Shown piece after piece: positions 38,566-52,579 of a stretch of DNA of 64,000 nucleotides; position 1 is the stretch's first letter; each line of letters opens with the position of its first letter. The stretch comes from Octopus vulgaris (Eukaryota), in assembly GCA_951406725.2 (NCBI GenBank), contig OX597835.1, positions 23,560,001-23,624,000 on the forward strand. Direction: 5' to 3'. A program made the translations under genes and the position numbers. The notes beneath the pieces are model-generated. The model searched no databases. It was not told the origin of the DNA and saw only the letters and a list, made by a program, of their open reading frames with translations.

Positions 38566-39939
38566 ATTTGAGGACAGTGGGTTGACACAATCATTCACAC
38601 AGTGGACAAAACAAAATGGTTTATAGTATTTTGTTACAAGTCTCTACATTCTGAGTTCAAATCCCATCAAGCTCACCATTGCTTGTCTTCCTTCTGAGGT
38701 TGATAAAACCAAATCATTAAATACCTGTGAAGTTCTGAGATTAATATATTCAACTAATTATTATTAAATTTGGCATTTTTAAAAAATGAGTTGTTTTAGA
38801 TTTGTTTTACTGCAAAAACTAAAAATCCTCAAATTTTTTATTTATAAGGTGTTGGCATGGCAGCGGTATGAAGTTTGCTTCCCAGCCTCATGGTTCTATA
38901 CTTCTGAGTTCAATCCCAATGCACAGCAACTTGGGCAAGTGTCTTCTGCTATAACCACTGGCCGACCAAAGCCTTGTGAGTGGATTTAGCGGACAAAACC
39001 TGAAAGAAGCTAGTTGTGTGTGTGTGTGTGTGTGTGTTTCTACTGACAACGCTCAAGGTTTCTGTTTTGGAAAAGGGACTTTTTTAATGAATTTAACAAA
39101 AAATATATATTTGAATAGCATTTTGTGTTTGTCCTCCCTCACTATTTGACAAGTGTTGCTTTCTTTATGTACCCTGTTGAAGGCCTCAATCTACCCTCAA
39201 ACTTGGATTGGGTGAAATGGACCACTCCTCTCTCAATCGGAAGCAGCTGTATATTGCAATGCAATGAATGCACAGTGGTGCCAAGTGGGTCACTTTTGGT
39301 CAGCAGAACTGGTAATATCAGATGAACCAAATGTCCAACCAAGGTGCCCTGGGCTTTGTCCATTAAATTCAGCAAAAGAAATTGATAGAATAAGGGTCAG
39401 CCTTATAAAATAAATATGTACTGGGGTCGATTCATCATTCAAAACCCTTTGAAGTGGTGCCCCAGCATGGGCACAGTCTAGTGACTGATACAAATGAATG
39501 ATAGAAGATAAAAGAGGTTGACGTTGGAGCTCGTCACAGGCTAGCGGCTCGTTGGTTCCAGTCAAACTGCCCGACCCGTGCCGACATGGGAAAGGGACAT
39601 TAGACGATGATGCTGTCTCTGCCATCATTGATGCTGATGCTGACTTGTTTCAGTCACTGCGTGGCTGCCATGCTGGAGCACTGCCTTGAAGGGTTTCGTT
39701 GAACAAGTCAACCTCAGCACCTGCTTTTTTAAGCCTGGGAATTATGCCATCGAGTTCTTTTTGCTGAATCGCTGAGTTATGGGGATGTAAACATACCAAC
39801 ACCGGTTGTCAAGTATGGTACTCCTTCACACACACACACACACATCTCAAAACATACACACTCACACAAACACATACACACACAATGCATTCAATAACAC
39901 AAATGCAATGCGTATCACACACACATCACAAACCATCGT

Positions 39940-40380
39940 CATTCTCATCATCATCATCACCACCACCACAGCCAACACCATACTCTCCTTCATCTTCAAA
40001 AGCACCACACCTCACTACTTCCACCATCACTATCATTAATAGCCATCACCACTTTCACCGCCAACTTCAACATTGTCAGCTGTAGTAGCAGCATCAGCAG
40101 CAGCAGCAGCATCACCATTGCCACCACTAGCAATACTGCAACTACTGCTCCCCTCCCCCACAATCACCACCACCTTCATCATTATCATCATCATCATCAA
40201 CGCCAACACTTCCACCACCACAATCATTATCATCAATGCCACCACCAATATCACTGCCTCCACCACCACTATCATCATCACCACCACCACCACCACCACC
40301 TTTAATGTTACCTGAACCACCATCATCAATACCACCACCAACACTACCACCAACACCACCACCATCATCATCATCATCAA
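39940..40380. repeat. Degenerate (CAC/CAT/CAG)n trinucleotide low-complexity tract
   Basis: Directly visible; it gives homopolymer-rich ORFs in several frames. Confidence 0.85.
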
Positions 40381-40454
40381 AGCTGTCATCGTCTGTCAAC
40401 TCTAAATGTTTTGTTGATCAACTTCAAAGATATTTAATTTGTGTATACTTTTTA

Positions 40455-40509
<55 letters not shown>

Positions 40510-40621
40510 CATATGTGGCTATAGTGAAAATTACATATACACACACATGTGTACACCCAAACACTCACATATCTACATGTTTTGTGTGCTTGTATATACA
40601 TGTATGTGTATAATGTATATA

Positions 40622-40683
<62 letters not shown>

Positions 40684-40713
40684 GTATATATATATATATA
40701 TATATATATACAC

Positions 40714-40759
<46 letters not shown>

Positions 40760-41465
40760 ATAGATATAAATATATATATGTATCTATGTGTATGTATGTA
40801 TGTATAAATATATATATATATGTATCTATGTGTATGTGTGTGTATGTATGTATATATATATTTGAGATATTGTGTATGTGTGTGCATGTATGTATATATA
40901 TATATTTGAGATATGTGTATGTGTGCGTATGTATATATATATATACATATTTGATATATTGTGTATATATACATATCTATATACATAGATATGTATATGT
41001 GTATGTAGATAGATGAATGCGTATGAATGTATATGTATGAATGCATAAGCGCGTTTATTTGCATGTGTGTGTGTGAGTGTGTGTGTGTGTGTGTGTGTGT
41101 CCATATGTTTTTTGATTTTTATTGTGAACTTGTATTCAGGGAGAAAAAGCAGTGCTCATGACCTGTTTACAGGGCTTCCAAGGCTGATGGAACAGAAGTG
41201 GGGGGGGGTATTATTAAACCCCCCACCTTCCCATCCCGGAAACCTGTTCCAGAATGCTTGCAACAGAGTGGACCCTACAAAAGCAGACAAGGTTTCATGT
41301 GGTGGTGTTAAGCTGGGCGACAGATTACGTCTACCATTCAGCACACACGTATGTGTGTGTGTCTATGTGTGTATTTGTGTGTGCATGGTGTATGTGTATG
41401 TAATCATTACAATGATGATTATACACACGCCCTCTCACACATACATATATACACATGTATATACA

Positions 41466-41501
<36 letters not shown>

Positions 41502-41564
41502 TATAATAAATTAGAGAGATAAAACCACTATCATGCAACTCAAACAGTGATAGACATAAACTTT

Positions 41565-41862
41565 CCCTGTAAGTTTGGAGCTATACTACCTAATATTATG
41601 GTAATTTTTTTTTTAAATCGTTGACTCATCGTAGACATTTTTAGAGAGTTACTTCCCTTATATAATAGCGAAAAAGTGCATTAAAATGGAAAAAAATGAT
41701 GGTAAATTTTTTTTTTAAAATCGTAGACTCATCGTAGACGCGCGCTAATACCCAGACTCTAAGATACCCGGTTTTGGTTAAACTGCACCGCAAAATGTAG
41801 GAGTAGTTAGGAATCTAAATCGTAGGAGACAGACACACAACTTGACTTTTATATATAAAGAT
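41565..41862 (-). mobile_element. Helitron-like non-autonomous fragment
   Basis: Minus-strand start atcttatatataaaagtcaagttgtgtgtctgtc resembles non-autonomous Helitron 5' ends. No 3' end identified. Confidence 0.35.
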
Positions 41863-42043
41863 ATACAAATATATAAGAATATATAGAGTAATCAATACGT
41901 AAAAAATATACTCATAAAAATATATAAATATATAGATATGTACATTAAAAATATATAGAAAAAATATATACATATTCAGGTCGACTTATAGATTATAAAA
42001 GGAAGTCATAAAAAGTGTTGGGTGTTACTAATCCAGTTAATAA

Positions 42044-43075
42044 TCCTACAACCATTTCTGGGGGTTTGGTTGTCTAGTCATATAAAAGATATTTACACCC
42101 ATTGTTGGACAACACCTCCTTCATCAGGGAAAAATTAATTTCTAAAAAGGCTTACATGTACTGTGTTTTCATTATGGGAATTACCTACTGAGTGTTTTTA
42201 TAGAGCAATAATAAATCTCTGAACGAGGTATAAACAGTAACTGCACTACAATGTGAGCTATACTTGCCATCTCTTAGTGGCTAACCACTAAGGGTGGGTG
42301 TTACTGTAGCTTGTAGCCCCAGGAGAACATCGTCTCCAGCTGGCTTTAGGCACACTCTCTGTGCCCTTATGGTATTTGCAAAGGGAAGGGAAGGGAAAGG
42401 TGACCTCACTTTGCAAATACCATAAGGGCACAGAAAGTGTGCCTAAAGCCAGCTGGAGACGATTTTCTCCTGGGGCTACAAGCTACAGTAATACCCACCC
42501 TTAGTGGTTAGCCATATTGAGATGGCAAGTATACCTCATATTGTTTTTATAGAGATATGTACAAAAGACCAGGGAGCGGAAGTGTTTTTGAGTGTTTGGA
42601 GGAGGAGATACAGTACATGATAATATAAGTTGAGGGTAAGAGGAGGGCAGTGTTGTTTTATTTTTCAGACAAACTTTCAATTGGTATGGAAGCTGATTCT
42701 CAACTCTATCCAGAATCATAATGCATAAACGTTGAGTAAATCCTATGTTTACAAGAGTAGATGGCATCGGAGAATTTATTTAATATTGAGGAGTTGTGCA
42801 GATGGAGAATATATAATGATTCTTTTAAGCAAAATTTGCATTTGCCTGTCATTGTATTATAAGAGGGAGCTTCTTTTATTAAGGACCAAGCTGGTGTATA
42901 TTGTATGTTTTGTGATTTAAGATCATATATGTGTGTAGCTAATGATGTTGAGAATTTGGATTTTGTCTTAGTGAAGTAATTTAGGTGATCTCCATAGCGG
43001 CATTTAAAATCTATAGTATAGCCAAGGTAGGTTTTTGCTTGGTGTTTACCTGGTGTTTCTATACAACATTTAGAA
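42044..43075 (-). mobile_element. Second Penelope-like element remnant (GIY-YIG fragment and degenerate hammerhead)
   Basis: 42706-43075 minus translates KTYLGYT.DFK.RY.DH...F....[12 protein letters not shown]...W.LIKEA.SY....KCKFCLKE...IL....ILN....C.H. Downstream on the same strand, tcc-CTGATGA...GAAAtggttGTA-gga at 42044-42130. Confidence 0.75.
42261..42531. mobile_element. Fold-back MITE (near-perfect palindrome) with putative TA target-site duplication
   Basis: Arms of ~123 bp, tacttgccatctc...atttgcaaag / ctttgcaaat...gagatggcaagta, with a ~25-nt spacer. TA at 42259-42260 and 42532-42533. Confidence 0.75.
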
Positions 43076-43099
43076 GCCACATATTTACACAGACAAAAT

Positions 43100-43547
<448 letters not shown>

Positions 43548-44126
43548 TGGTGGCTGCCCCCTCATTATCGAGTATGGCCATTGCACAAAGCTTAATCAAT
43601 GTTGTTATCATGCAATGCCTGTGCAAGATTTTTTTTAAAGTGAGGAAAGTCTGTGCACTGAGTCAATCCCACTCACTAAGCAACAGCAGTCATAATCATC
43701 GGTAACCACTGAGCCGCAGGCTTTATATCAGAGTTATCCCAGTTACCCAAGTTACCTTCTCCTAGAAGGATGCCTTAACAAAGGCTAGGAGTCCTTCACT
43801 CCCAGTGGTTTAACCGCGTGATCGGGCATTCAGTCCGATTATTTCTATGTCCCCGCGCATGATACAGCCTTAAGACATTTATTGGATAGCCGTTGACTCT
43901 CAAGAGTTCCTCCACCCTTTGACGGGTTTTGTTTTTCATCCCACAGGGTGTCCAATAAACACCCTCTTCACCAAGCAAGCTTGGTGAGGTTGCCGGTTTA
44001 GTTGCCGACGACCCGACCATGCAACAGGTTGTACTGGGTTACATGTTACCAGTAGCACTCGAAAGTGACCTGACATACATACATACATACATATATATAT
44101 ATATATGTATACATACATATATATAC

Positions 44127-44157
<31 letters not shown>

Positions 44158-44204
44158 TATATACACACATATGCACACACACACACATATATATCATCAT
44201 CATC

Positions 44205-45158
44205 ATCGTTTAACGTCCACTTTCCATGCTAGCATGGGTTGGACGGTTCAACTGGGGTCTGGGAAGCCCGAAGGCTGCACCAGGCCAGTCAGATCTGGCA
44301 GTGTTTCTACAGCTGGATGCCCTTCCTAACGCCAACCACTCCGTGAGTGTAGTGGGTGCTATTTATGTGCCACCGACACAGGTGCCAGACGAGGCTGGCG
44401 AACGGCCACGCTCAGATGGTGTTTTTTTATGTGCCACCGACACAGGTGCCAGACGAGGCTGGCGAACGGCCAAACTCGGATGGTGTTTTTTACGTGCCAC
44501 CGGCACGGAGGCCAGGCGAGGCTGGCACGGCCATGATCGGATGGTGTTTGTTACGTGCCCACTGCACGGAGGCCAGTCGATGCGGTACTGGCTACGGCCT
44601 TGTTCGGATGGTTTGCTTATGTGCCACCGGCACTGGTACCACAAAAATACAAATTCCATTGATGTTCATCGATTTTGATTTGATTTGATTTTCACTTGCC
44701 TCAACAGGTCTTCACAAGTGTCCCAAGAAGGAAGGTATGCACAGGTGGACTGACTACGACCCAGGTAGGGGCCATGGGTTATGGCCTCACGTGTCCTGCT
44801 GGGTCTTCTCGCGCACAGCATACTTCCAAAGGTCTCGGTCTCTGATCATTTCCTCGGTGAGACCTAAAGCGCGAAGGTCGTTTTTCACCACCTCGTCCCA
44901 GGTTTTCCTGGGTCTACCTCTTCCACAAGTTCCCTCAACCGCTAGGGTGTGGCACGTTTTCACACAACTATCTTCATCCATTCTTACTACATGTTCATAC
45001 CAGCGTAGACGCCTCTCTTGCACACCACATCTGAGGCTTCTTAGGTCCAACTTTTCTCTCAAGGCACTTACACTCTGTCGGGTATGAACACTGACATTAC
45101 ACATCCAACGGAGCATACTGGCTTCATTTCTTGTGAGCTTACGCATATCCTCAGCAGT

Positions 45159-45160
<2 letters not shown>
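44205..45160 (-). mobile_element. RTE-clade LINE, 5'-truncated, with (GAT)n tail
   Basis: Minus ORF EASMLRWMCNVS...LREKL...VQERRLRWYEHVVRMDED...GRGRPRKTWDEVVKNDL is an RTE ORF2 C-terminus. The 3' UTR has internal repeats and ends aaacgatgatgat. Confidence 0.88.
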
Positions 45161-45195
<35 letters not shown>

Positions 45196-45227
45196 GATCT
45201 AAACAAATAGGTACACTGGGTAAGTGC

Positions 45228-45773
45228 TAAAGGTCACATTGTCAATTTGGTGGGATTTCAAAGGGTTGTGTATTTTGAGCTGCTTCCAAGGAGCCAAGTG
45301 ATCATTTCAGATGTTTACTGTCAACAACTAATGAAACTGGAGGAAGCAATTAAAGAAAAATAGCCACAATTCGCAAATTGTAAAGGAATCATGTTCCACC
45401 ATGACAATGCTAAACCACACACGTCTTTGATAACTCGTGAAAAATTACTGAAGCTTGGTTGGGAAGTGATGTCACATCCACCATATAGTCCTGACCTTGC
45501 ACCATCAGATTACCATTTATTTTGAAGTTTGCAAAATTCTTTGGATGATAAAGCTTTCAATAATGATGATGACCTGAAGTCACACTTGCTTCAGTTTTTA
45601 GCTGATAAGGACCAGAAGTTCTATGAGTGTAGGATCATGAAGGTGCCAGAAAGATGGCAAAAGGTCATCGAACAGAATGGAAAATATATAATGGATTAAA
45701 GTTCATTCTTTGTAGGAAAATAAAATTACTTATTTCACACTAAAAAACTGAAATTACTTTCTAGCCAACCCAA
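45228..45773 (+). mobile_element. mariner transposase pseudogene, 3' half with TIR
   Basis: LSIWWDFKG, MFHHDNAKPH, GWEVMSHPPYSPDLAPSDYHLF and ERWQKVIEQNGKYI, with stops and a frameshift. Ends ttactttctagccaacccaa-TA. Confidence 0.9.
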
Positions 45774-45971
45774 TATGTATATATATGTATATATAACATA
45801 GCCCACTCTGCTGAGTGGTTGGTGTTAGGAAGGGCATCCAGCTGTAAAAATCCTTCCAAAACAGTCACAGAAGTCTGGTGCAGGCTTCTGCCTGGCCGGC
45901 TCTTATAAAACCATCCAACCCATGCCAGCATGGAAGGTGGACATTAAACGATGATGATGATGATAATGTAA

Positions 45972-46005
<34 letters not shown>

Positions 46006-47621
46006 TCTCTTTTATACTCTCTTTTACTTGTTTCAGTCATTTGACTGCGGCCATGCTGGAGCACCACCTTTAATCGAGCAACTCGACCCCAGGACTTATT
46101 CTTTGTAAGCCCAGTACTTATCCTATTGGTCTCTTTTGCCGAACCACTAAGTGACGGGGACATAAACACACTAGCATCGGTTGTCAAGCGATGCTGGGGG
46201 ACAAACACAGACATACAAACATACGCGCACACACACACATATATATATGTATATACACACATATATATACATATATACGACGGGCTTCTTTCAGTTTCCG
46301 ACTACCAAATCCACTCACAAGGCTTTGGTCAGCCCGAGTAGAAGACACTTGCCCAAGGTGCCACGCAGTGGCACTGAACCCGGAACCGTGTGGTTGGTAA
46401 ACAAGCTACTTATCACACAGCCACTCCTGCGCCATATATATATATATATATGTTTGTGTGCAGGCGTGGCTGTGTGGTAAGAAGATTGTTTTGTTACCAC
46501 ATGGTTCCAGGTTCATTCCCATTGCATGCTACTTTGAGCATGTGTCTTCTACTATAGTCTCAGGCCAACTTGTCAGTAGATTTAGTAGACGGAAACTGGA
46601 AGAAGTTCATCATATATACATGTGTGTGTGAGTGTGTTATATATATATGTGTGTGTGTGTGTGTGTGCTATATATGTATATGTACCATATATATGTGTGT
46701 CATATATGTATGTGCATGTATCTTATATATATATGTGTGTGTGTTGTGTGTGTGTGTCTTTGTGTTTGTGTTCCCTGCCATTGCGTGACAACTGGTGTTG
46801 GTTTGTTTATGTCCCCATAACTTAGTGGTTTACCAAAAGAGTCTGATTAAATACCAGGTTTAAGAAAGAAAAAAAGAAGAAGTTCAGGGGTTGTTTCATT
46901 TGTTTAAAAGTTTTTCAAGGCTGTGCCCCAGCATGGCCACAGTCTAATGACTGAAACAAATAAAAGTTAGAAGATAATATGTGCGTGTCTCCACCACCAC
47001 CACCACCACCACTTGACAACCGGTGTTGGTGTATTTACATCCCAGAAACTTTGTTCAGTAAACGAGACCACTGGAATAAATACCAGGCTTGTAAGATCAA
47101 AAAAAAAAGAAGAAAAAAAACAAAAAACAAAAGTACTCTTGTCCATTCAATTAAAACTTTTCCTTCTAGGTGGTGCCCCAGCTTGGCCACAGTCCAATGA
47201 CCAAACCAAGTAAAAGGTAGAAGGTTAAAGGTTTGACTCATGCAAGCATGGGATGATGATGATGATGATGATGATTAGTCTCACAAGCCTTTGACTAACA
47301 TGAGACTAGCATAAATACAAAGCACTTGACCTAAAGTGTCAGCTACACTCTGAGATCAGCCTGAAGCCATTGAGTTTGTGAAGCAAACTGCTTAAACATA
47401 CACACATGTATGTTTGTGTGTGTGTGTGTGTAAACATACATATATTTATATAATATTTTATATACACACATATATATATATATATGATTTGAAAACCCCA
47501 CTAGAATGAGAGAAAGCGCTAATACTTGATCTAAGTTATATGATGTATAAAAACATGTAATATACAAATAAATATCTGTAAATATAAAACCATCCGATTT
47601 TCTGAGTACCTCACTTCTAAG

Positions 47622-47655
<34 letters not shown>

Positions 47656-48104
47656 ATGTGTATATATGTATGTATATGTGTGTGCGTATGTATATATATA
47701 TATATATATATATACATACATATGTGTGTGTGTGTGTAGGTATATAATTTTAACCTTTATAGGTATTTTAATATGCTGCCATTTTTGCTAAAATGTTTTT
47801 CTGAAAAAAATTTTTATCCTATATAAGTAGTATATATATATATATATATATATATACCATCATCATCATCATTTAACATCCATGTTCCATGCTCGCATGG
47901 GTGGGATGGTACCATAAGAGCCAGCCAGGCCGAAGCCTGCACTGGACTTCAGTGATTGTTTTGGCAGGATTTTTACAGCTGGATGTCTTTCCTAACACCT
48001 TTCAGGGTCGATTAAATAATTACCAGTTGAATGCTGGGCTTGAAGTAATCAACTAACTCCCTTCTCCAAAATTGCTGGCCTTGTACCAAAATCTGAAACC
48101 ATTG

Positions 48105-48142
<38 letters not shown>

Positions 48143-49043
48143 CCTTTCTATTAAAGGCACAAGGCCTGGAATTTGGTGGAGGGGACCAGTTGATTACCTC
48201 AACCTCAGTGGGTAACTAATACTTATTTAATTGACCCTGAAAGGATGAAAGGCAAAAATCGACCTCAGTAGAAATCTTTGGTTGGGGGTGGGGGATAGTC
48301 AACTACAACGACTCCAGTGCATAACTGGTACTTATTTAACTGACCCCGAAAGGACGAAAGGCAAAGTCGACCTCAGCAGAATTTGAACTCAGAACGTAAA
48401 TACAGGTGAATACTGCTAAGCATTTTGTCCAGCGTGCTAACGATTCTGCCAGCTCACCACCTTAATAATAATAATAATAATAATAATAACAATGATAAAA
48501 ATGTATTTCCTATACTGTAATGAAATATGTGTAACATGAAATTAAAAATATATTTTTCCCAGTCTTTTGTTTTGACATGTAATTACTCTGCAAATAGAAC
48601 TCACCGGAAATTTCAAATGTCATGCATGCCTCTTTTGAAGTAAAACATCTATAAACATACAGCTGAGTATTGTGAAAATGCAGATGTGCTTCACAAGGAC
48701 ACAGCTTGGATCATAACCCCTTCTAGACACTGTGTGTGTGTGTGTGTGTGTGTGATGCATTGCTGTATCTGAGTTATTACATCTCTGAATACATGTAAAA
48801 AAATTAAAACCTTAACCACCACCACCAACAAACACATCAATGGTTTGCTTATGTTTTTGACATGTTTTGATATTATTTTGATGTCTGGTCACTTCGTTAC
48901 AATAGTTACCTTGCACTCATAAAAATTACATTCAACTTTAAAGATGCTCTGCTCACAATATATATGCACATACACACACACTTCAACACACAAACTTGCT
49001 CTCTCTCTCTCTCTCACCACATACATAAGTAAATATACATGCT

Positions 49044-49084
<41 letters not shown>

Positions 49085-49135
49085 CAACTGGTCCCCTCCC
49101 CCAAATTCCAGGCTTTGTGGCTTTAATAGAAAGGA

Positions 49136-49193
<58 letters not shown>

Positions 49194-49466
49194 TATTATT
49201 GAGTGAGAGAGCAGTGCATGCCATCAAAGTGACACTGGGGTAAAATATATGAAGCCCAATATACCCATCATGACTACCCGTCTGATAAGGGTACACCAGG
49301 CACATGCATCACAACTAAATGTGCACAACATGGTGATCTCATATCAAGATAAACAGCGCATGACCTTGCAGGTGGGGCCCAGTTAAAATTTTCTTCAGGT
49401 TGAGTAGCCCATCCCGCTCAAAAGGTCCCTGAATAAGGGTTGTTTAAGGATGTTGAAAGAACCACA

Positions 49467-49513
<47 letters not shown>

Positions 49514-49673
49514 CAATGGTTTCAGATTTTGGTACAAGGCCAGCAATTTTGGGGAAGGGAGTTAGTTGATTACTTCAAGCCCAGCATTCAACTGGTACTT
49601 ATTTAATCGACCCCGAAAGGATGAAAGGCAAAGTTGACCTCAGTGGAATTTGAATTCAAAACATAAGGACATA

Positions 49674-50341
49674 CACTACCGTCAGAAATTAATTAGCACC
49701 CTTGATTTGCTCTTCACTCAAGGTATGTGCTGTCACCTAGTGGCCATATCTCGAACTATTGCTTTGTTGCGAGTTCACTGTTGCGCAGAACGATGACGTA
49801 ACTTTGTTTGCAGAGCGGTTTGAGAGTCTACAGCCTAATGATGTTGACATAGCAGTGCAACAACAACTTGGAGTGCGGATGCAGACAAATCTTCCTTTGT
49901 TTAATAGATATAGGTAGCGCCTTGCAAGGACCGAAATCACACCGTACTAAGTTTTCTCATCGTGTAAGACGTTTTGAACAGCTTGTAGGTTAATTGATTT
50001 GTGTATTCGCAAGATTTTTTTTCCTCACAAATTCTCCTACACTCTGCTTCGTGACGTCACTTCCGGTTCACAAAACTTTCTGTTATACATCAAATAAAGT
50101 GAGAAATTCTGCTTTCTTTCTTTTTTGTTTAATGAATAATAACTCATAGTAATTTTGTTATAGCATAACATTATTCAAATGAATAGTTTTAATGAAAATA
50201 ACTGGTTTTTATCGTTCATTCCTAGATGGGCCGAAGACCTCGCATGACCTTGGAGAGACGGTACGAGGCTCTCTCGTGGCGTGGGAAGCTGTCGTAAAAT
50301 GTAGAAATTTGAGAAGTGCTAATTAATTTCTGACACAAGTG
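49674..50341. mobile_element. Tc1-like non-autonomous element
   Basis: TA-cactaccgtcagaaattaattagcac ... gtgctaattaatttctgacacaagtg-TA imperfect terminal inverted repeats. Confidence 0.65.
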
Positions 50342-50380
<39 letters not shown>

Positions 50381-50415
50381 AGAAGGTTGAAAAGGAACAC
50401 ACGAGTTGATATACA

Positions 50416-50831
50416 TATGGAAAAAAAGTCAAGGTAGAAAATGCTAAAACAGTTTTATAAAAAAACATATCAGTATCAGTTTCCGTCATTGAGACTTTTT
50501 CAACTTTAAGTATGGAAAATAATTAAATTTTGAAGAAATTAAATGAAAAGTTTTAAAAAAAATATTCGCATAGTATTCAAATAGAAGGGGCATTTTCCTT
50601 GTTTCTGCCTGTCTCAAACCCACAAAAGTAAACAAGAGAGACAGAGACAGGAAGAAACAAGGAAAATGCCCCTTCTATTTGAATACTATGCGAATATTCT
50701 TTTAAAAACTTTTCTTTTAATTTCTCCAAAATTTAATTGTTTTCCTTAGTTGAAAAAGTCTCAATGACTGAAACCGGTACTGAAATGTTTTTTATAAAAT
50801 TGTTTTACCATTTTCTACCTTGACTTTTTTT

Positions 50832-50838
<7 letters not shown>
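50416..50838. repeat. Inverted repeat with ~200-bp arms containing a hammerhead-like motif
   Basis: 50416-50615 pairs with 50644-50838. Confidence 0.85.
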
Positions 50839-50872
<34 letters not shown>

Positions 50873-51316
50873 TATACAGGGTGTGATGAGTAAATTGTCG
50901 CTATTTTATATTTTTAATTTTATGCATGTGTATTGTTTGCTTTTGATTTTGTTGACTACACAGTATAGTAGGGTCAGTTGGGCACTGTCTATGAGAAAAA
51001 CAGCAGCATGACGCAATTCACTCTGCCAGAAATTTAGAAATGACATGCTGTACTGCTTAGCATTTGCACCGGAAGCTTCAATACAAACATTTCAGAGTGT
51101 TTGGGTGTCAATTTGAGGACATATACCAAGAGTGATAAAAATCAAACATCCAGCCAATAGTTGTTGTGATAGTTATATTATGGCTATATTATGCCCCCGT
51201 TCATCTTCCCACATGGCCTCAATCTCAACATGGAGACCATGCTAGAGATAGTAGTCAAACTTTCACTAATATCTTTAGTATGGTGGTATCTCTTAAACAC
51301 TCTTAGTTATAATTTC

Positions 51317-51367
<51 letters not shown>

Positions 51368-51800
51368 TGTGTGTGTAGACATGAGTGTGATCGTTGCCAG
51401 TGCTGCTAAGCTGGCTCCTGTGCCAGTGGCACGTAAAAAGTGCCATTTGAGCATGGTTGGTGCCAGTACTGGTTGACTGGCACGTAAAAGCATCCACTAC
51501 ATTCTTGGAGTGTTTGGCATTAGGAAGGGCATCCAGCTGTAGACGATACAAAGAAAACAAGGATGGATCATTCGGAGTTTTCTTTCCTAAGTCGAGTTCC
51601 AGATTATCTTTGCAATTTCAGCTGGTTATACTAGAGTTTGCTCCAATTTGGCCAGCCCCAAGGAAAAACTAAGCTAAGAGTATTAGATTCCTTGGAGGAA
51701 AGCAGTGAATGTTTACAAAAAAAAAGGACGGAAAAAAAAGGAGAAGGTTACGCAAATACAAATAACAGGAAATAACAACAGGTGTCTTTCAACTAACACT

Positions 51801-51845
<45 letters not shown>

Positions 51846-52349
51846 GATGTAAAGAGAGAAAAAGGGAGAGATAGTGTGTATCTTGTGTTCACATTACACA
51901 CACACTCACACACACACACACATACACATGCATGCTTGCATGGACACCTACACATCTTTCAAATCTTCATAATTTGTTTAACAATTTTCATACAGACTTT
52001 CGCAGAATAAATTTTTTACCAGATGAAATTTGGCTTGACGTATATACATATATAAAAAAAAAATTCCTAATTTGGTAAACCAATTCTTTGGACGAGACCA
52101 TGATTTTTATTTTAATGATGTCTAATAGTTGAGCCTGATGAATTCATGGATGACATATGAATGCCTTAGGGTGATTTATGAAATTGTGTTTAGTTTAATT
52201 CCCTTCATGATCTAGCTAAGTAAAGTATTAAAGGATTATCACATACATATTCAGTAAAAGTAGACATTGGTCTGGGCGTGGCTGTGTGGCAAGAAGTTTT
52301 CTTCCCAACCACATGGTTCCAGGTTCAACCTCATTGTCTGGTACCTCAG

Positions 52350-52384
<35 letters not shown>

Positions 52385-52544
52385 GGCACAAGCATGGCTG
52401 TGTGGTAAGAAGTTTGTTTCCCAGCCACATGGTTCCAGGTTCACTCCTACTGCAAGGCACCTTGATCAAGTGTCTTCCACTATAGCCTTGGGCCAACCAA
52501 AGCCTTGTGAGTGGATTTGGCAAACAGAAACTTAAAGAAGCCTG

Positions 52545-52579
<35 letters not shown>

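Noticed and set aside
40036-40613. Poly-G, poly-P, poly-T and poly-V ORFs resembling structural proteins
   Set aside because: The trinucleotide tract is open in several frames on both strands, with no splice or complexity support.
44350-44640. Spaced short repeats (tgtgccaccg...) superficially like a CRISPR array
   Set aside because: They are internal repeats of the RTE 3' UTR, seen in every copy. The context is eukaryotic and there are no cas genes.
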